From Eledone cirrhosa (lineage: Eukaryota), in the NCBI GenBank assembly GCA_964016885.1, contig CAXHJY010000195.1, forward strand, positions 44,188-108,187: a stretch of DNA of 64,000 nt, given 5' to 3'. Every line of letters starts with the position of its first letter. Within the stretch, counting starts at the first letter, position 1. Of this stretch, positions 27,401-38,157 are shown in pieces. The notes below the pieces were generated by a model that did not search any database, was not told the origin of the DNA, and was given only the letters and a program-made list of their open reading frames with translations. Position numbers and translations under genes: made by a program.

Positions 27401-29018
27401 AGGATGTCAACCGAATCTTGTCCTAGCCCGTCAGCATTCATCTCCTCAGTGGCCGTATTTCTGTTCCAGGTATTATTTATCTCAGTATTCAGATCATTAT
27501 CTGCTTCGGGTGGTTCCTCCGTTCTCAGGACCTCTTCACCTTCATTTCCCACTGGCTCGCTTGTCTGGCATACTACACCCGCCATCCCCAAGCCATTCTC
27601 TCTGCTCAGTTCCTCCAGTTCCAGCTCGCTTATCCACCCATTAGTTCTTATTACCCGAGCCTGCCCAGCCAATTTTTGTTCATCTAATTTAAATAAACCA
27701 ATCTCGTTCCAGATGTTATGCATCCGTCTCCTGTAGCCCCTCTCCTTGGGGTCACTTTTCAGGTAACATTGCATAACAGTTCTATTCAATTCTTTCGTCC
27801 AGTTGGTTCTGGCCCCTTTCCTTCTTCTCCTTCCTCCAACAACAGCAGTATTTGGTTGACAGTCAGGTTCCTGCTGCTGAGCCAGGGGGCACCTGTTGGG
27901 TGAGAGTCTGTCACATGACGTTCTAGTCTCCATTTCACCGTTATTCGAACTGTTTATGTTCGATATTTAAACACTCTTATCGAGGATTGGCGAATGTATG
28001 GTTACATAGCCATCTGTGGATCCGCCATTCCACTTGGCCCTTGTGTGGCATTATCACCACGCTGTATACGAACACACATAAACAAACAAACACACAGGCA
28101 GAAAGGGCCCCAAAAATGAATAAGCATAAGTTTCATTGTAATGTAGTGTTCGAATGTCTGACTTAGTTTTTGTTTTTTAAGTTTTAGTTTTTCCCCCCTC
28201 TTCTCTGTCCGTCCGCCTGCTTCTCTCTTCATTCTTATTTTCTTTACGTTTTTTGGGGGTTTTTTTTTGTTTTTGTTTTTGTTTTTCTCTGTTTGTTTTT
28301 CTCGTTTTTTGCTGTTGTTGCTGTGCTGCTTTGGTTTTGTTGTTTGTTTTTTCTTTTTTCTTATGAGTCTATCTATATATTTTGATGTTTTGATGCCTTC
28401 CTCTTTTTTAGCAGTAGGGATTCTATAATGTGGTGGCAGCAGTCAGCTGGGAGAAGTGGGGACTGGCGGCGGTAGCGATACTGAGACAGTGGTGGTGGTG
28501 ATGTCGATACCGAGGCAGTGGTGGCGGTGATGTGACCGTATTACTGTAGTGATGGTGCTGTAGCGGTGGCAGCAGTGAAGGAGTGAAGGGGTGGTGGCGG
28601 CGGTGATGGGATAATGGTGGTAATGATGGCCGTAGTGAGCGGTGGTGGTGAAAATGCCGTTATCTGGCTGTTGTGTTTAGTGTACACAGGTGATGGGGTG
28701 GGTGGTGTATCTAGTTTCTGGTGTTGGTGAGTTTGGCTGTTCTATATAGTGTAGACAGAGGAGAGGAGGGGGGGTTCTTCTTCCATTTATAGCCATTTTC
28801 TTTTTTGGATATACAGTGTACAATACAAAGTTGAATATTTGAATATTTGAGCCTTATAACAATATATTTTGGGTCCGAATTTTTTGGGGCTCAAGCCGGG
28901 TGCTTTACGTAGCATTTGTACTAAGAGTTGTTATTTCACAAATGATTTAAATATGTTAAAAATTCAAAACTTACGGGAGCGATTTCATGACCTCCGCCAC
29001 CTCGTGCGTCTTCTTCCC
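24476..29018 (-). mobile_element. Apparently full-length R4/Dong-clade non-LTR retrotransposon (family A)
   Basis: One intact ORF, short 3'UTR running into (AAT)n on its sense strand, ~1.1 kb leader; bounded by (TTA)n. Confidence 0.9.
24550..27933 (-). CDS. R4/Dong-type ORF, 1127 aa: N-terminal R4-type domain, reverse transcriptase, CCHC knuckle, restriction-like endonuclease
   Basis: WKSPGPDG, YRPITCL, GIFQGDSLSP, LFMDDLKL, CRIC..ETVAHIVSEC, RHD, RPDLVVVD..IVDVACP, EKINRY. Confidence 0.93.
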   Translation of the reverse strand: METRTSCDRLSPNRCPLAQQQEPDCQPNTAVVGGRRRRKGARTNWTKELNRTVMQCYLKSDPKERGYRRRMHNIWNEIGLFKLDEQKLAGQARVIRTNGWISELELEELSRENGLGMAGVVCQTSEPVGNEGEEVLRTEEPPEADNDLNTEINNTWNRNTATEEMNADGLGQDSVDILNLVVDELKNDNGRPMNLRFVDRKKLKETTAKVNKVIPYLEARSLHQCNNILKATANTVRKLLGIKARGNNRQERAEPWWKKRLSGQIGEMRNDIGKLESLLNGTLKNIGTKNRLEIKYKTRRKKLNIIIEELKQRIVAKSAKIRRYENRVSQYKQNRMFDNNQKMLFGQLEGKERGNDLIPGAEQTKTFWRGIWEQDVRHNVQAGWIETVQREIGEQAQQQTDLSITVETLKGQAKKLTNWKSPGPDGVQGYWIKHLTSLHPKLTAMFNDCLVSGEVPEWLTKGTTMKDRIKGNDVTNYRPITCLSVMWKLLTSIVSEEIYHHLHTNNLLPDEQKGCRKKSRGTKDQLLIDKMVMGNCRRRHTDLAMGWIDYRKAFDMVPHSWITKSLEIFRVADNIRQLLGRSMGSWETELTSTGVSLGSVKIKRGIFQGDSLSPLLFVLALMPLTIMLRKVRAGYKLGRGELTINHLLFMDDLKLFGKSEKELDVLVDTVRIFSSDICMQFGIGKCGVIVMRRGRLSRSNGIQIPTGEMIKEIDSEEGYKYLGVLEADGIKNKKMKELLRTEYIRRVRSVLKSHLNSRNAISAVNSRAVSIIRYSAGILRWNVAEQKEMDRKTRKLLTIYNMFHKRSDVDRLYLRRSEGGRGLISIEDCVQMEKNNLYKYVTYSKEPMLRTVLKEGTVGQGMSKEEITSRRKSSLKGKSLHSTFFEKTEFRDPQTWNWLRRGDLKKATEGMLMAAQEQALKTKWLKHHIYKEEASPLCRICGEREETVAHIVSECKHLAQTHYKGCRHDVMGRVIHWHLCKVNNLPHSEKWYEHRPEAVMENNQVKVLWDFRIQTDKKLEHNRPDLVVVDKEKRSCLIVDVACPFDTRVQEKEREKINRYQDLKWEVKRIWNCHEVKVIPIVIGALGTISKCFQGWLKKIGPFTLFGTLQKACLLGTARTLRYVLNI

Positions 29019-29071
<53 letters not shown>

Positions 29072-29077
29072 GTTATT

Positions 29078-32000
29078 CCTTGAATCTCAGTCATTGATGT
29101 TGGTTAACTGGAAAGTCCGTTGGATTGAATATCAAGCCACTACCTGCAGCCTCAGATATTCAGGACGTATCGGAGGGTTCTTGCTGTTCCAAGCAAGCAT
29201 GCCTTTTGAAGCGTTCCAAAAAGCGTGAAGGGGCCGATTTTCTTTAACCATCCCTGGAAACTTTTGGAGATAGTCCCCAGTGCGCCTATGACAATCGGGA
29301 TCACTTTGACTTCATGGCAGTTCCAAATCCTTTTCACCTCCCACTTTAGGTCCTGGTATCGGTTAATTTTCTCCCTCTCCTTCTCTTGCACTCTCGTGTC
29401 GAACGGGCAGGCCACATCCACAATCAGACACGATCTTTTTTCTTTGTCCACAACCACCAGGTCAGGTCTATTGTGTTCCAGTTTTTTGTCCGTCTGTATC
29501 CTAAAATCCCACAGCACCTTCACCTGATTGTTCTCCATCACCGCCTCTGGCCTATGCTCATACCATTTCTCAGAATGTGGTAAATTGTTTACTTTGCACA
29601 GGTGCCAGTGGATCACCCTGCCCATCACATCGTGTCTCCAGCCCTTATAGTGGGTCTGGGCTAGGTTTTTACACTCGGACACAATGTGAGCCACAGTCTC
29701 CTCTCTCCACAGATCCTGCACAGTGGGCTAGCCTCCTCCTTGTAAATATGGTGCTTCAACCACTTCGTTTTGAGGGCCTGCTCCTGCGCAGCCATTAGCA
29801 TTCCTTCTGTAGCCTTTTTGAGGTCTCCTCTTCTCAACCAGTTCCATGTCTGTGGATCTCTAAATTCAGTTTTCTCAAAGAAGGTACTATGAAGGGATTT
29901 TCCCTTAAGGCTGCTCTTCCTCCTTGATGTTATTTCCTCCTTGGACATCCCTTGGCCTACTGTCCCCTCCTTCAGTACAGTTCTGAGCATTGGCTCCTTA
30001 CTATAGGTCACGTATTTGTATAGGTTGTTTTTCTCCATCTGAACACAGTCCTCTATGCTGATAAGACCTCTTCCACCCTCAGATCTCCTTAGGTAGAGTC
30101 TATCGACATCACTCCTCTTGTGGAACATGTTGTAGATAGTCAATAGCTTCCTAGTCTTCCTATCCATTTCTTTTTGTTCAGCAACATTCCATCTCAGAAT
30201 TCCCGCACTGTACCTAATAATAGATATAGCTCGGGAATTTACTGCGCTTATGGCATTTCTGCTGTTCAGATGTGACTTCAATACGCTCCTTACTCTCCGA
30301 ATGTATTCAGTTCTTAACAATTCCTTCATTTTTTTGTTCTTTATGCCATCAGCCTCCAGAACGCCCAAATACTTGTATCCTTCCTCAGAGTCAATTTCCT
30401 TTATCATCTCACCTGTTGGTATCTGGATCCCGTTACTTCTGCTCAACCTACCCCTCCTCATCACAATGACTCCACATTTACCAATACCAAACTGCATACA
30501 TATATCACTGCTGAAAATACGGACAGTGTCAACAAGCACATCCAACTCCTTCTCACTTTTCCCGAAGAGCTTAAGATCGTCCATGAAGAGGAGGTGATTG
30601 ATGGTAAGCTCTCCCCTTCCCAACTTGTATCCTGCTCTCACTTTTCGCAGCATAATGGTCAAGGGCATCAGGGCAAGGACAAACAACAGAGGGGACAGGC
30701 TATCTCCCTGGAAGATACCTCTCTTGATCTTCACGCTTCCCAAGGATACTCCAGTTGATGTCAACTCTGTCTCCCAGGACCCCATACTCCTGCCTAGCAA
30801 CTGTCTGATGTTATCTGCCACCCTGAAGATCTCCAGGCTTTTGGTGATCCAAGAATGAGGCACCATGTCAAATGCCTTTCTGTAGTCTATCCATCCCATG
30901 GCAAGATCAGTGTGTCTCCTCCTGCAATTCCCCATTACCATCTTATCAATAAGTAACTGGTCCTTTGTACCACGTGACTTCTTTCGGCATCCTTTCTGTT
31001 CGTCCGGTAACAAGTTGTTTGTGTGGAGGTGATGGTAGATTTCCTCAGACACAATGCTCGTCAACAGTTTCCACATTACGGACAGACATGTGATAGGTCT
31101 ATAGTTGGTAACATCATTACCCTTGATTCGGTCTTTCATTGTGGTACCTTTTGTCAACCACTCTGGCACCTCACCCGACACCAAGCAGTCATTGAACATG
31201 GCCGTCAGCTTCGGGTGGAGGGATGTTAAATGTTTAATCCAATACCCCTGCACACCATCTGGGCCTGGTGATTTCCAGTTGGTTAGTTTTTTGGCCTGCC
31301 CCTTAAGAGTTTCAACTGTGATACTCAAATCAGTTTGTTGTTGTGCCTGCTCACCGATCTCCCTCTGTACTGTCTCAATCCACCCTGCCTGGACATTATG
31401 TCTAACATCCTGCTCCCATATTCCTCTCCAGAATGTTTTAGTTTGCTCCGCCCCAGGGATCAAGTCGTTGCCTCTTTCTTTCCCCTCAAGCTGTCCAAAC
31501 AGCATCTTCTGGTTGTTGTCGAACATGCGGTTCTGTTTATACTGACTGACTCTGTTCTCGTATCGCCTGATTTTTGCACTCTTTGCTACAATGCGTTGCT
31601 TCAGTTCCTCTATGATAATATTTAGCTTTTTCCTCCTGGTTTTGTATTTTATTTCCAGTCTATTTTTAGTGCCTATGTTTTTTAGTGTCCCATTCAGTAG
31701 TGACTCAAGCTTTCCTATGTCATTTCTCATTTCCCCGATTTGCCCACTCAGTCGCTTCTTCCACCACGGCTCTGCTCTTTCTTGTCTGTTGTTTCCTCTC
31801 GCTTTTATACCAAGTAGTTTCCTCACCGTATTTGCTGTTGCTTTGAGGATATTGTTGCACTGGTGAAGGCTCCTCGCCTCAAGGTATGGGATGACTTTGT
31901 TTACCTTAGCTGTTGTTTCTTTTAACTTTTTCCTGTCTACAAATCTTAGGTTCATAGGTCTCCCACTATCATTGTTCAATTCATCTACCACTGAATTTAG

Positions 32001-32149
32001 GATGTCAACCGAATCTTGTCCTAGCCCGTCAGCATTCATCTCCTCAGTGGCCGTATCTCTGTTCCAGGTATTATTTATCTCAGTATTCAGATCATTGTCT
32101 GCTTCGGGTGGTTCCTCCGTTCTCAGGACCTCGTCACCTTCATTTCCCC
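29078..32149 (-). mobile_element. 5'-truncated near-identical second copy of R4/Dong family A, with a frameshift
   Basis: ORFs 29661-32039 and 29152-29721 nearly identical to the first copy; 4-bp deletion in a TC run at ~29700. Confidence 0.93.
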
Positions 32150-32382
32150 ATTATTATTATTATTATTATTATTGGCGACCTACGTAGGAAATCGTATTAT
32201 CGTGAGCTCCGCAAAGGTTTGTTATTTCCGTTTCTTTAAAAATTGCCATTTATGGAAAATTTTATTGTAAACTGTTTATAAGCACACATACATTGTTTTC
32301 CGAAAAGGACACCCAAAAAGATTGGGGCCTTGTGCCCAAAATTTTAACTTTTATTATTATCCAAAAATTTCTTTGAAAAAAA

Positions 32383-34356
32383 ATGGCTAATTCCCCTCTG
32401 CACGAAGCAGCTGAAAGCCTTCCTCACAAAATAACACCTCACACCGACACCACCATTGTAAATGTTACTACGTTTGCCAACACAAAAAAAAATATAAGCA
32501 GTAGCAATATTTTAAATTTGTCTCAGGCAGACATTCATTTCCCGCCATTACCAATGACTGCAGGTGTTAAACCCTCCACCACCACCACCACCACCGCGAC
32601 AACAGAAACAAAAGAAGAAAAAAATAAATTAACTCGTGACGTCGAAATGAAATCAAGCAAAATGAACTCTTCCCCACCAAAGACGACTGACGTCACCACC
32701 ACCACAACTGAAAATAAAATTAATATTAACGATAGCAACAACAACAACAATGACATTATAAAACCGACCCTCAGTTTCGCCATCGTAGCAAAACAATTCG
32801 AAGCGTTCACGGTAACCCAAGAAGATTTAGAAAATGCCAAACAAATGGTAAAGAAAGATGGGTACAGGGTCAGCCTCACCCCCCCCCCCCCCCCCCCACC
32901 TAATAAAATGGAGCATCGGCGCCTGTGCACCGTGTCGTATAGAACAATAAATGTAAAATCGCGCCGAGTGGAACGGGCATCCGAGTCCCAAATCCAAAAA
33001 GCTTTGGGACATGTGTGGGCAAGAAAAACCCACATCAGACGTGGGCAAAAGTATGGAACCGTGGATGTGTTCTTTGAAACACCAGAGGAGGCTAGAGAAC
33101 ACTCCATGGCCCCATTAAAAAGTGACGACCTCACACTCGTCCCAAGCTATTGTGGCCAGAGACTCGTAAAGATCAGGGTGACCCACGTTCCACCGGCCAT
33201 CGAAATTCCCTGGCTAATAGCGGCTGTCCTCACCGGCATCGAAGCCAACACGAAAATAATAGCAGTAGCAAAAGAAAAGCAGGAAAACTGGTCCGGATCT
33301 GGGATGGAGCTCCTGATCCAAGCGGACCAAAAAAGCATTGAGGAGATCCCAGAGGTAATAGACCTCACTGACGGCAGCCACCTCACGGTAATTGTTGAGG
33401 GCAGAAGACCTAGGTGTGTCGTTTGTGGTGAAGGAACCCACCTAAGGGCTTTCTGCCCTCAGGCTAAAAGGTTGAGGCCACCTCTCCTACCCACCCCAGT
33501 GACAAAACCATCAACACCACCAGTAGCAGAGATGGCAGCAACAACTGTAGCAGCAACAACAGAAGCAACTATAACAGCAACAACCCCAGCAACAGTAGCA
33601 AAACCAACACCACTACCACCACCAGCAAAACCAACACCACCACCACCCAACGCTTCAGAACTAGCACCAGCGCCTACACCATCCACCACACCACAACCAA
33701 AACTAACGGCTGTGGAGGATTTTCCACTCCCCGGCCTATCACAACTGGAGACAGATTGTGACGACGAGGAGTGGGAAACGATATCCGGAAAGAAAAAAAG
33801 AAACCAAAAAAGAAAAAATTCTCTCCCTTCCCCCTCCAAAAACAAAATACAGAGGGAAACAAATAAACTAAGAAACAAAAAAGTTAGGACAGATATGCCA
33901 CCATCCACACCAGCATCACCAACCCCATCAACCCAAACACCAACACCATCACCATCATTATCCCCAGCACCACCATCACCTACACCACAAAAGTCACCAA
34001 AATGCGAAACAGAAACAAACCCACAACAAACGCAAACAAAACAAAACAACCAAAACGATACACACTACACAGCATTAAATTTGAACAACAAGCAATTATT
34101 ACACTACATCCAACACAACACCAGCATCACAGAAAAAGACTACACAACAACCCCAAAATTCACACCACCTCCACACATACAATTCACTCGCATCACACAG
34201 AAAACGTACATGACACTAAAACAAAAATTCCCCAAAGACATCGGAGACTTCCGACAAGCACTCTCCAGGAGGATTTATAAGGACATCCTTCCTGAGGAGG
34301 CCACAAACAGTGAAAAGGATGGAAAAACCGTCCTTCCCCTACGAGAAGTAAGGTAA
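32383..34356 (+). CDS. ORF1 gag-like nucleic-acid-binding protein with CCHC zinc knuckle (657 aa)
   Basis: EGRRPRCVVCGEGTHLRAFCPQ; lies just before ORF2; central region alignable to the ORF1 at 38452. Confidence 0.85.
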   Translation: MANSPLHEAAESLPHKITPHTDTTIVNVTTFANTKKNISSSNILNLSQADIHFPPLPMTAGVKPSTTTTTTATTETKEEKNKLTRDVEMKSSKMNSSPPKTTDVTTTTTENKININDSNNNNNDIIKPTLSFAIVAKQFEAFTVTQEDLENAKQMVKKDGYRVSLTPPPPPPPNKMEHRRLCTVSYRTINVKSRRVERASESQIQKALGHVWARKTHIRRGQKYGTVDVFFETPEEAREHSMAPLKSDDLTLVPSYCGQRLVKIRVTHVPPAIEIPWLIAAVLTGIEANTKIIAVAKEKQENWSGSGMELLIQADQKSIEEIPEVIDLTDGSHLTVIVEGRRPRCVVCGEGTHLRAFCPQAKRLRPPLLPTPVTKPSTPPVAEMAATTVAATTEATITATTPATVAKPTPLPPPAKPTPPPPNASELAPAPTPSTTPQPKLTAVEDFPLPGLSQLETDCDDEEWETISGKKKRNQKRKNSLPSPSKNKIQRETNKLRNKKVRTDMPPSTPASPTPSTQTPTPSPSLSPAPPSPTPQKSPKCETETNPQQTQTKQNNQNDTHYTALNLNNKQLLHYIQHNTSITEKDYTTTPKFTPPPHIQFTRITQKTYMTLKQKFPKDIGDFRQALSRRIYKDILPEEATNSEKDGKTVLPLREVR

Positions 34357-34390
34357 GTGGTCTTTCCCATCTTTTCCACTCCTTTTCAAC

Positions 34391-37300
34391 ATGACCTCAC
34401 TCAGAATAGGCAGCATAAATGCGCGTGGCTTGGGGTCGTCATGGAAGCAGGGCCACCTGCTCAACGACCTCAGGTCACTAAACATAGATGTAGTGGCCAT
34501 CAGCGAGACCAGAATCTCCGAAGCACAGGCTTTCGCACCGATCTTCGGCGGCTACGATGTGTACGCATCTCCCAGCCGTCCGGGATCGGGGGGAGGAGTT
34601 GCTGTGCTTTTTCGGAGAGGTTTGGATCTTGCCATACGGGCCATCTTCCTGGACCCAGAAGGTAAGTTGGTGGTGCTGGACGTGACCAGCGGAGACGGGC
34701 AAGCTTTCAGGTTAGTGGCCGTCTATGCCCCGACAGGAGCAGGGCGGCCTGATTTCTTCCGGCGTCTGGAGACCTTTCTTGGAACGTCCCGCTCTTTAGT
34801 GTTAGTGGGCGACTGGAACGGGATCTTAGATGCACGCTGGGATTGTGTGGGATTAGTGGATAGGGAAGGAGGGTGCAAGAGTCTCACCAACCTGCTCAGA
34901 CGTTTTGAACTGTCTGACAGGTACCGAATGGATTTCCCGAATGTACCAATGTGGACTTGGACAAATCGCATAGGGTCATCCAGATCATATCTAGATAGAG
35001 TATTTTGTAGGGAAATAGATAGGTCTAGCATAGGCTGTCCACAATTCAAGATAGTCAGCTACACGGACCACAAATTCGTGATCTGTGTGCTTGACTTAGA
35101 TAGGCTTCATAGACGAGGACCCGGCTACTGGAAGCTAAACGCGTCCTTACCAGCGCGCAAGGCCTACAGAGACCGGATTAGCGAACTAGTTAAGCGGGCG
35201 TTGACGGGGGCCATCGTCAACAACAAGTGGTGGTTTGCTCTGAAAAGAGCAATTAGAATAGAGTCCATTAGGTTTAGTAAGACTTTAGCAATAGAGAAAA
35301 ATAGAGCAGAGGGAGAATTAGTTAGAAAATTAGATGAGGCGCTTAGCAAAGGCATCGCGACCGACGTACTTGCGGCGAAATTGGCCCTTGACCAATTCTT
35401 CAATGCAAAGCACGAAGGCTGCGTTGTCAGAGCTAGGGTGCGTGCTCTCAGACACGAGGGGACGAAAGCCGTTCAATGGGCCCGAGTGGCGGAGGCGCGT
35501 CGTGGCAACAAAGCCACGATCCGGTCTTTGGTGGACCACGACGGGCGCATGCTACTCGATCCCGGGCAAATGTGTGAAGCTTTTCAGCGACACTTCGCTC
35601 AACTGTTCGGGGGCAGTGGCGGGCCGGATCGAGGGATGGACTTTAGTGTCTACCTCGACGGACTGCCGCGGCTTTCGGCCACTGAGGCGGAGTGTTGCGA
35701 AAAGCCGATAACAACCGCTGAAGTACGGGATGCAATGACTAGTTGCACAAGGGGTAAATCGCCTGGTTTGGATGGTCTGCCCTATGAACTTTACGTACAA
35801 ATGCCAAACTTGTTCGGAGGCCTCTTGGCGGACGTCTACTGCAACTGGCAACAGAACGGGAGAATTCCCAGCTCTGTGAGCCGAGGAGCGGTGGCGCTGC
35901 TGAGAAAGGATCCGAACAAGGGGGATAACATAGATAATTTTAGGCCCATAACTCTGCTAAACACAGAGTTCAAGATTTTGGCCAAGGTGCTAGCAAAGAG
36001 GTTGGCGCTTGTCGTTGGTGGTCTGGTGGGAGAGGCACAGACATGCGCCATTCCCGACAGATCCATCCACGACAACCTCCACCTCATGCGATACATCGTA
36101 GAGAGGGTAGCTAGGGAACCTGGCACGGGTGGGTCTTTGATCAATTTAGATCAGTCGAAAGCCTTCGATAGGGTCGACCATAGTTACCTAGCGGCAGTCT
36201 TGAGGGCGGCTGGCTTTGGGCCCGTCTTCAGAGGCTGGATCGCTGCCATGCACAACGACATCTGCTCTGTAGTGAGAGTGAACGGTCACCTTTCGGAACC
36301 GTTCAACATCATGCGCTCGGTCCGCCAAGGATGTCCCCTCTCGTCCCTATTGTACGTATTGACTCTCGAACCATTACTGCACAAACTGGAGACGTTGAGG
36401 GGGGTCCCGCGCGAACTAGGATGCGGAAGATCCGTGTCAGCATATGCCGACGATGTCACCGTAGTGGTGTCGAACGCCAAACACATCGAGGCGATTGGCA
36501 CTACACTAAGAGAATACGAAGCGGTGACAGGAGCAATGATCAACCAGGAAAAGTCAGTGGGCCTGCAGCTCGGCACCTGGAGAGGCAGGTCCATGCCGTC
36601 CAACAGCGTCGTCGGGCGCTGGACGGACGGACCGGTTAAATTGCTAGGGGTCTGGTTCGGTCCAGACCTCCAGACGGACAAAAACTGGGACGAGGTGACG
36701 AGCAGGGTGGCTTCTCTCACCCAGAAATGGGCCGAGAGGAAGCTATCCCTGAAAGGTCGAGCGGAGGTGGCGAATGCGTACATCGCATCCGTCATCTACT
36801 ACCGCCTGACCGTCGTACCTTGTCCTAAGCCCCGCCTGACTGCGCTGGAGCGTTTGCTCTTTCGCTTCTTGTGGAAGGGACGCGCTCCGATGGTCAGGCG
36901 GTCCATCTGCTGTCAACACCCGCTACGTGGAGGGCTGGGCATGCCGTGGCTGATGATGCGCAGACACGCGCTCAGGCTACGACATCTCCACCTCTTCCTC
37001 GACGGTGATCAGGTGTGGTCGCCGTTTGCAAGACACGTTTTTCCCCAGCTCGTCTCCTTGACGGAGCTGCAGTCCTGGGTCAAGCGAAGACCGAGAGGGA
37101 GCGCTTGGAGACTGGAATGTCTTCAGGCGCTCACAGCCCTCGACCAATCGGGCAATGTGATCGGTGGAAACTCCACCTTGGCGTTCTATAGGGGATTAGT
37201 GGAGGGGAAGAGCGACGACGTACTTGGAGAAACTCTAGGCGTCGACGAAAATCAACTAGCCAATCTCTTCGGAAGGACTTTCGGGCTGGGGCCTATGGAC

Positions 37301-37810
37301 AACTTCCAGAAATCCCTGGCCTGGCAGTGCTACCGAGGAGCTTTGCCAGTTCGGGATAAACTCTACAGGCATGGAGGTGCCGTCAGCCGGGCATGTCCGA
37401 GATGCGCGCAGGGCGACGAAACCGTCCTGCACGCACTCGTCCAGTGTCCGAGCATTGCTGACTTGTGGGTTTATGTCGAACACCTGCTGTCACGTGTAGG
37501 ACCTATCCAGCTATCAGCTGAGTCCATCGTGAGGATTGCCCCGCCCCCTTCCTTTAGCCTGGAAGGGCAGGCAGTTTTTATCTGTCTGGTGGCCATGGCG
37601 AAAGAGATAGTATGGTGGACACGTTTGAAAGGGCTGAAGACGAGCACTTACCTCTTCGGTGATGCCCTGATTAACTTTTTCAAATTTCATTTGAAAAGGA
37701 AAATCAGGGTAGAGAGGGAAGTGCTCTCTTCCCAGCATTTTGTTGAAAGATGGGTGAGAGAAGCAAGTATGGCCCGAATGAATGGGCCTTCTCTGAGTAT
37801 GTGTCTGTAA
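34391..37810 (+). CDS. ORF2: APE endonuclease, reverse transcriptase, C-terminal zinc finger (1139 aa)
   Basis: SINARGL, ISETR, VGDWN, SYLDRVF, TDHK, WKLN, KSPGLDG, FRPITLLN, KAFDRV, RQGCPLS, AYADD, CPRC..HALVQC. Confidence 0.95.
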   Translation: MTSLRIGSINARGLGSSWKQGHLLNDLRSLNIDVVAISETRISEAQAFAPIFGGYDVYASPSRPGSGGGVAVLFRRGLDLAIRAIFLDPEGKLVVLDVTSGDGQAFRLVAVYAPTGAGRPDFFRRLETFLGTSRSLVLVGDWNGILDARWDCVGLVDREGGCKSLTNLLRRFELSDRYRMDFPNVPMWTWTNRIGSSRSYLDRVFCREIDRSSIGCPQFKIVSYTDHKFVICVLDLDRLHRRGPGYWKLNASLPARKAYRDRISELVKRALTGAIVNNKWWFALKRAIRIESIRFSKTLAIEKNRAEGELVRKLDEALSKGIATDVLAAKLALDQFFNAKHEGCVVRARVRALRHEGTKAVQWARVAEARRGNKATIRSLVDHDGRMLLDPGQMCEAFQRHFAQLFGGSGGPDRGMDFSVYLDGLPRLSATEAECCEKPITTAEVRDAMTSCTRGKSPGLDGLPYELYVQMPNLFGGLLADVYCNWQQNGRIPSSVSRGAVALLRKDPNKGDNIDNFRPITLLNTEFKILAKVLAKRLALVVGGLVGEAQTCAIPDRSIHDNLHLMRYIVERVAREPGTGGSLINLDQSKAFDRVDHSYLAAVLRAAGFGPVFRGWIAAMHNDICSVVRVNGHLSEPFNIMRSVRQGCPLSSLLYVLTLEPLLHKLETLRGVPRELGCGRSVSAYADDVTVVVSNAKHIEAIGTTLREYEAVTGAMINQEKSVGLQLGTWRGRSMPSNSVVGRWTDGPVKLLGVWFGPDLQTDKNWDEVTSRVASLTQKWAERKLSLKGRAEVANAYIASVIYYRLTVVPCPKPRLTALERLLFRFLWKGRAPMVRRSICCQHPLRGGLGMPWLMMRRHALRLRHLHLFLDGDQVWSPFARHVFPQLVSLTELQSWVKRRPRGSAWRLECLQALTALDQSGNVIGGNSTLAFYRGLVEGKSDDVLGETLGVDENQLANLFGRTFGLGPMDNFQKSLAWQCYRGALPVRDKLYRHGGAVSRACPRCAQGDETVLHALVQCPSIADLWVYVEHLLSRVGPIQLSAESIVRIAPPPSFSLEGQAVFICLVAMAKEIVWWTRLKGLKTSTYLFGDALINFFKFHLKRKIRVEREVLSSQHFVERWVREASMARMNGPSLSMCL

Positions 37811-38098
37811 ATTAAAGGTGGAAAACTGGGAGAGGGCACTTGCCCTGGTGGTCAGGGCCACTGTGGTCTTTTAATGGGCTTTCTCCACAAATGTCCCTTG
37901 GAAGTCTCCCCCCTATTGGGGAATTTTTCTTTGTTATTTTATTTCAACCTCTGTTTTTTTACACGCAGAAATGCCCATTTGTACCGTCCTGTATTGTCCT
38001 GTACTGTCCTTAATGTCTACTTTATGTGAACCCTTGTGGTTAATAAAGAAAACATTATTATTATTATTATAATAATAATTATTATTATTATTATTATT

Positions 38099-38157
38099 GT
38101 CCTGTGTTGTCCTTAATGTTATACTTTGTGTCAACCCTTGAGGTTAATAAAGAAATC
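38099..38157 (+). mobile_element. ~60-bp extreme 3' fragment of a Tx1-A-like element between TTA tracts
   Basis: gtccttaatg...aacccttgaggttaataaagaaatc, a diverged copy of 38006-38053. Confidence 0.8.

Larger units (their letters stand above)
32174..38053 (+). mobile_element. Full-length Tx1/L1-clade retrotransposon (family A)
   Basis: 209-nt 5'UTR, ORF1, ORF2, 3'UTR with aataaa and (TTA)n tail; (TTA)n at the 5' flank. Confidence 0.92.

Noticed and set aside
27925-28060. HDV-like ribozyme before the R4/Dong ORF
   Set aside because: A tcctcg loop and a P4-like hairpin are present, but I could not build P1, P3 or the catalytic C; needs a structure search
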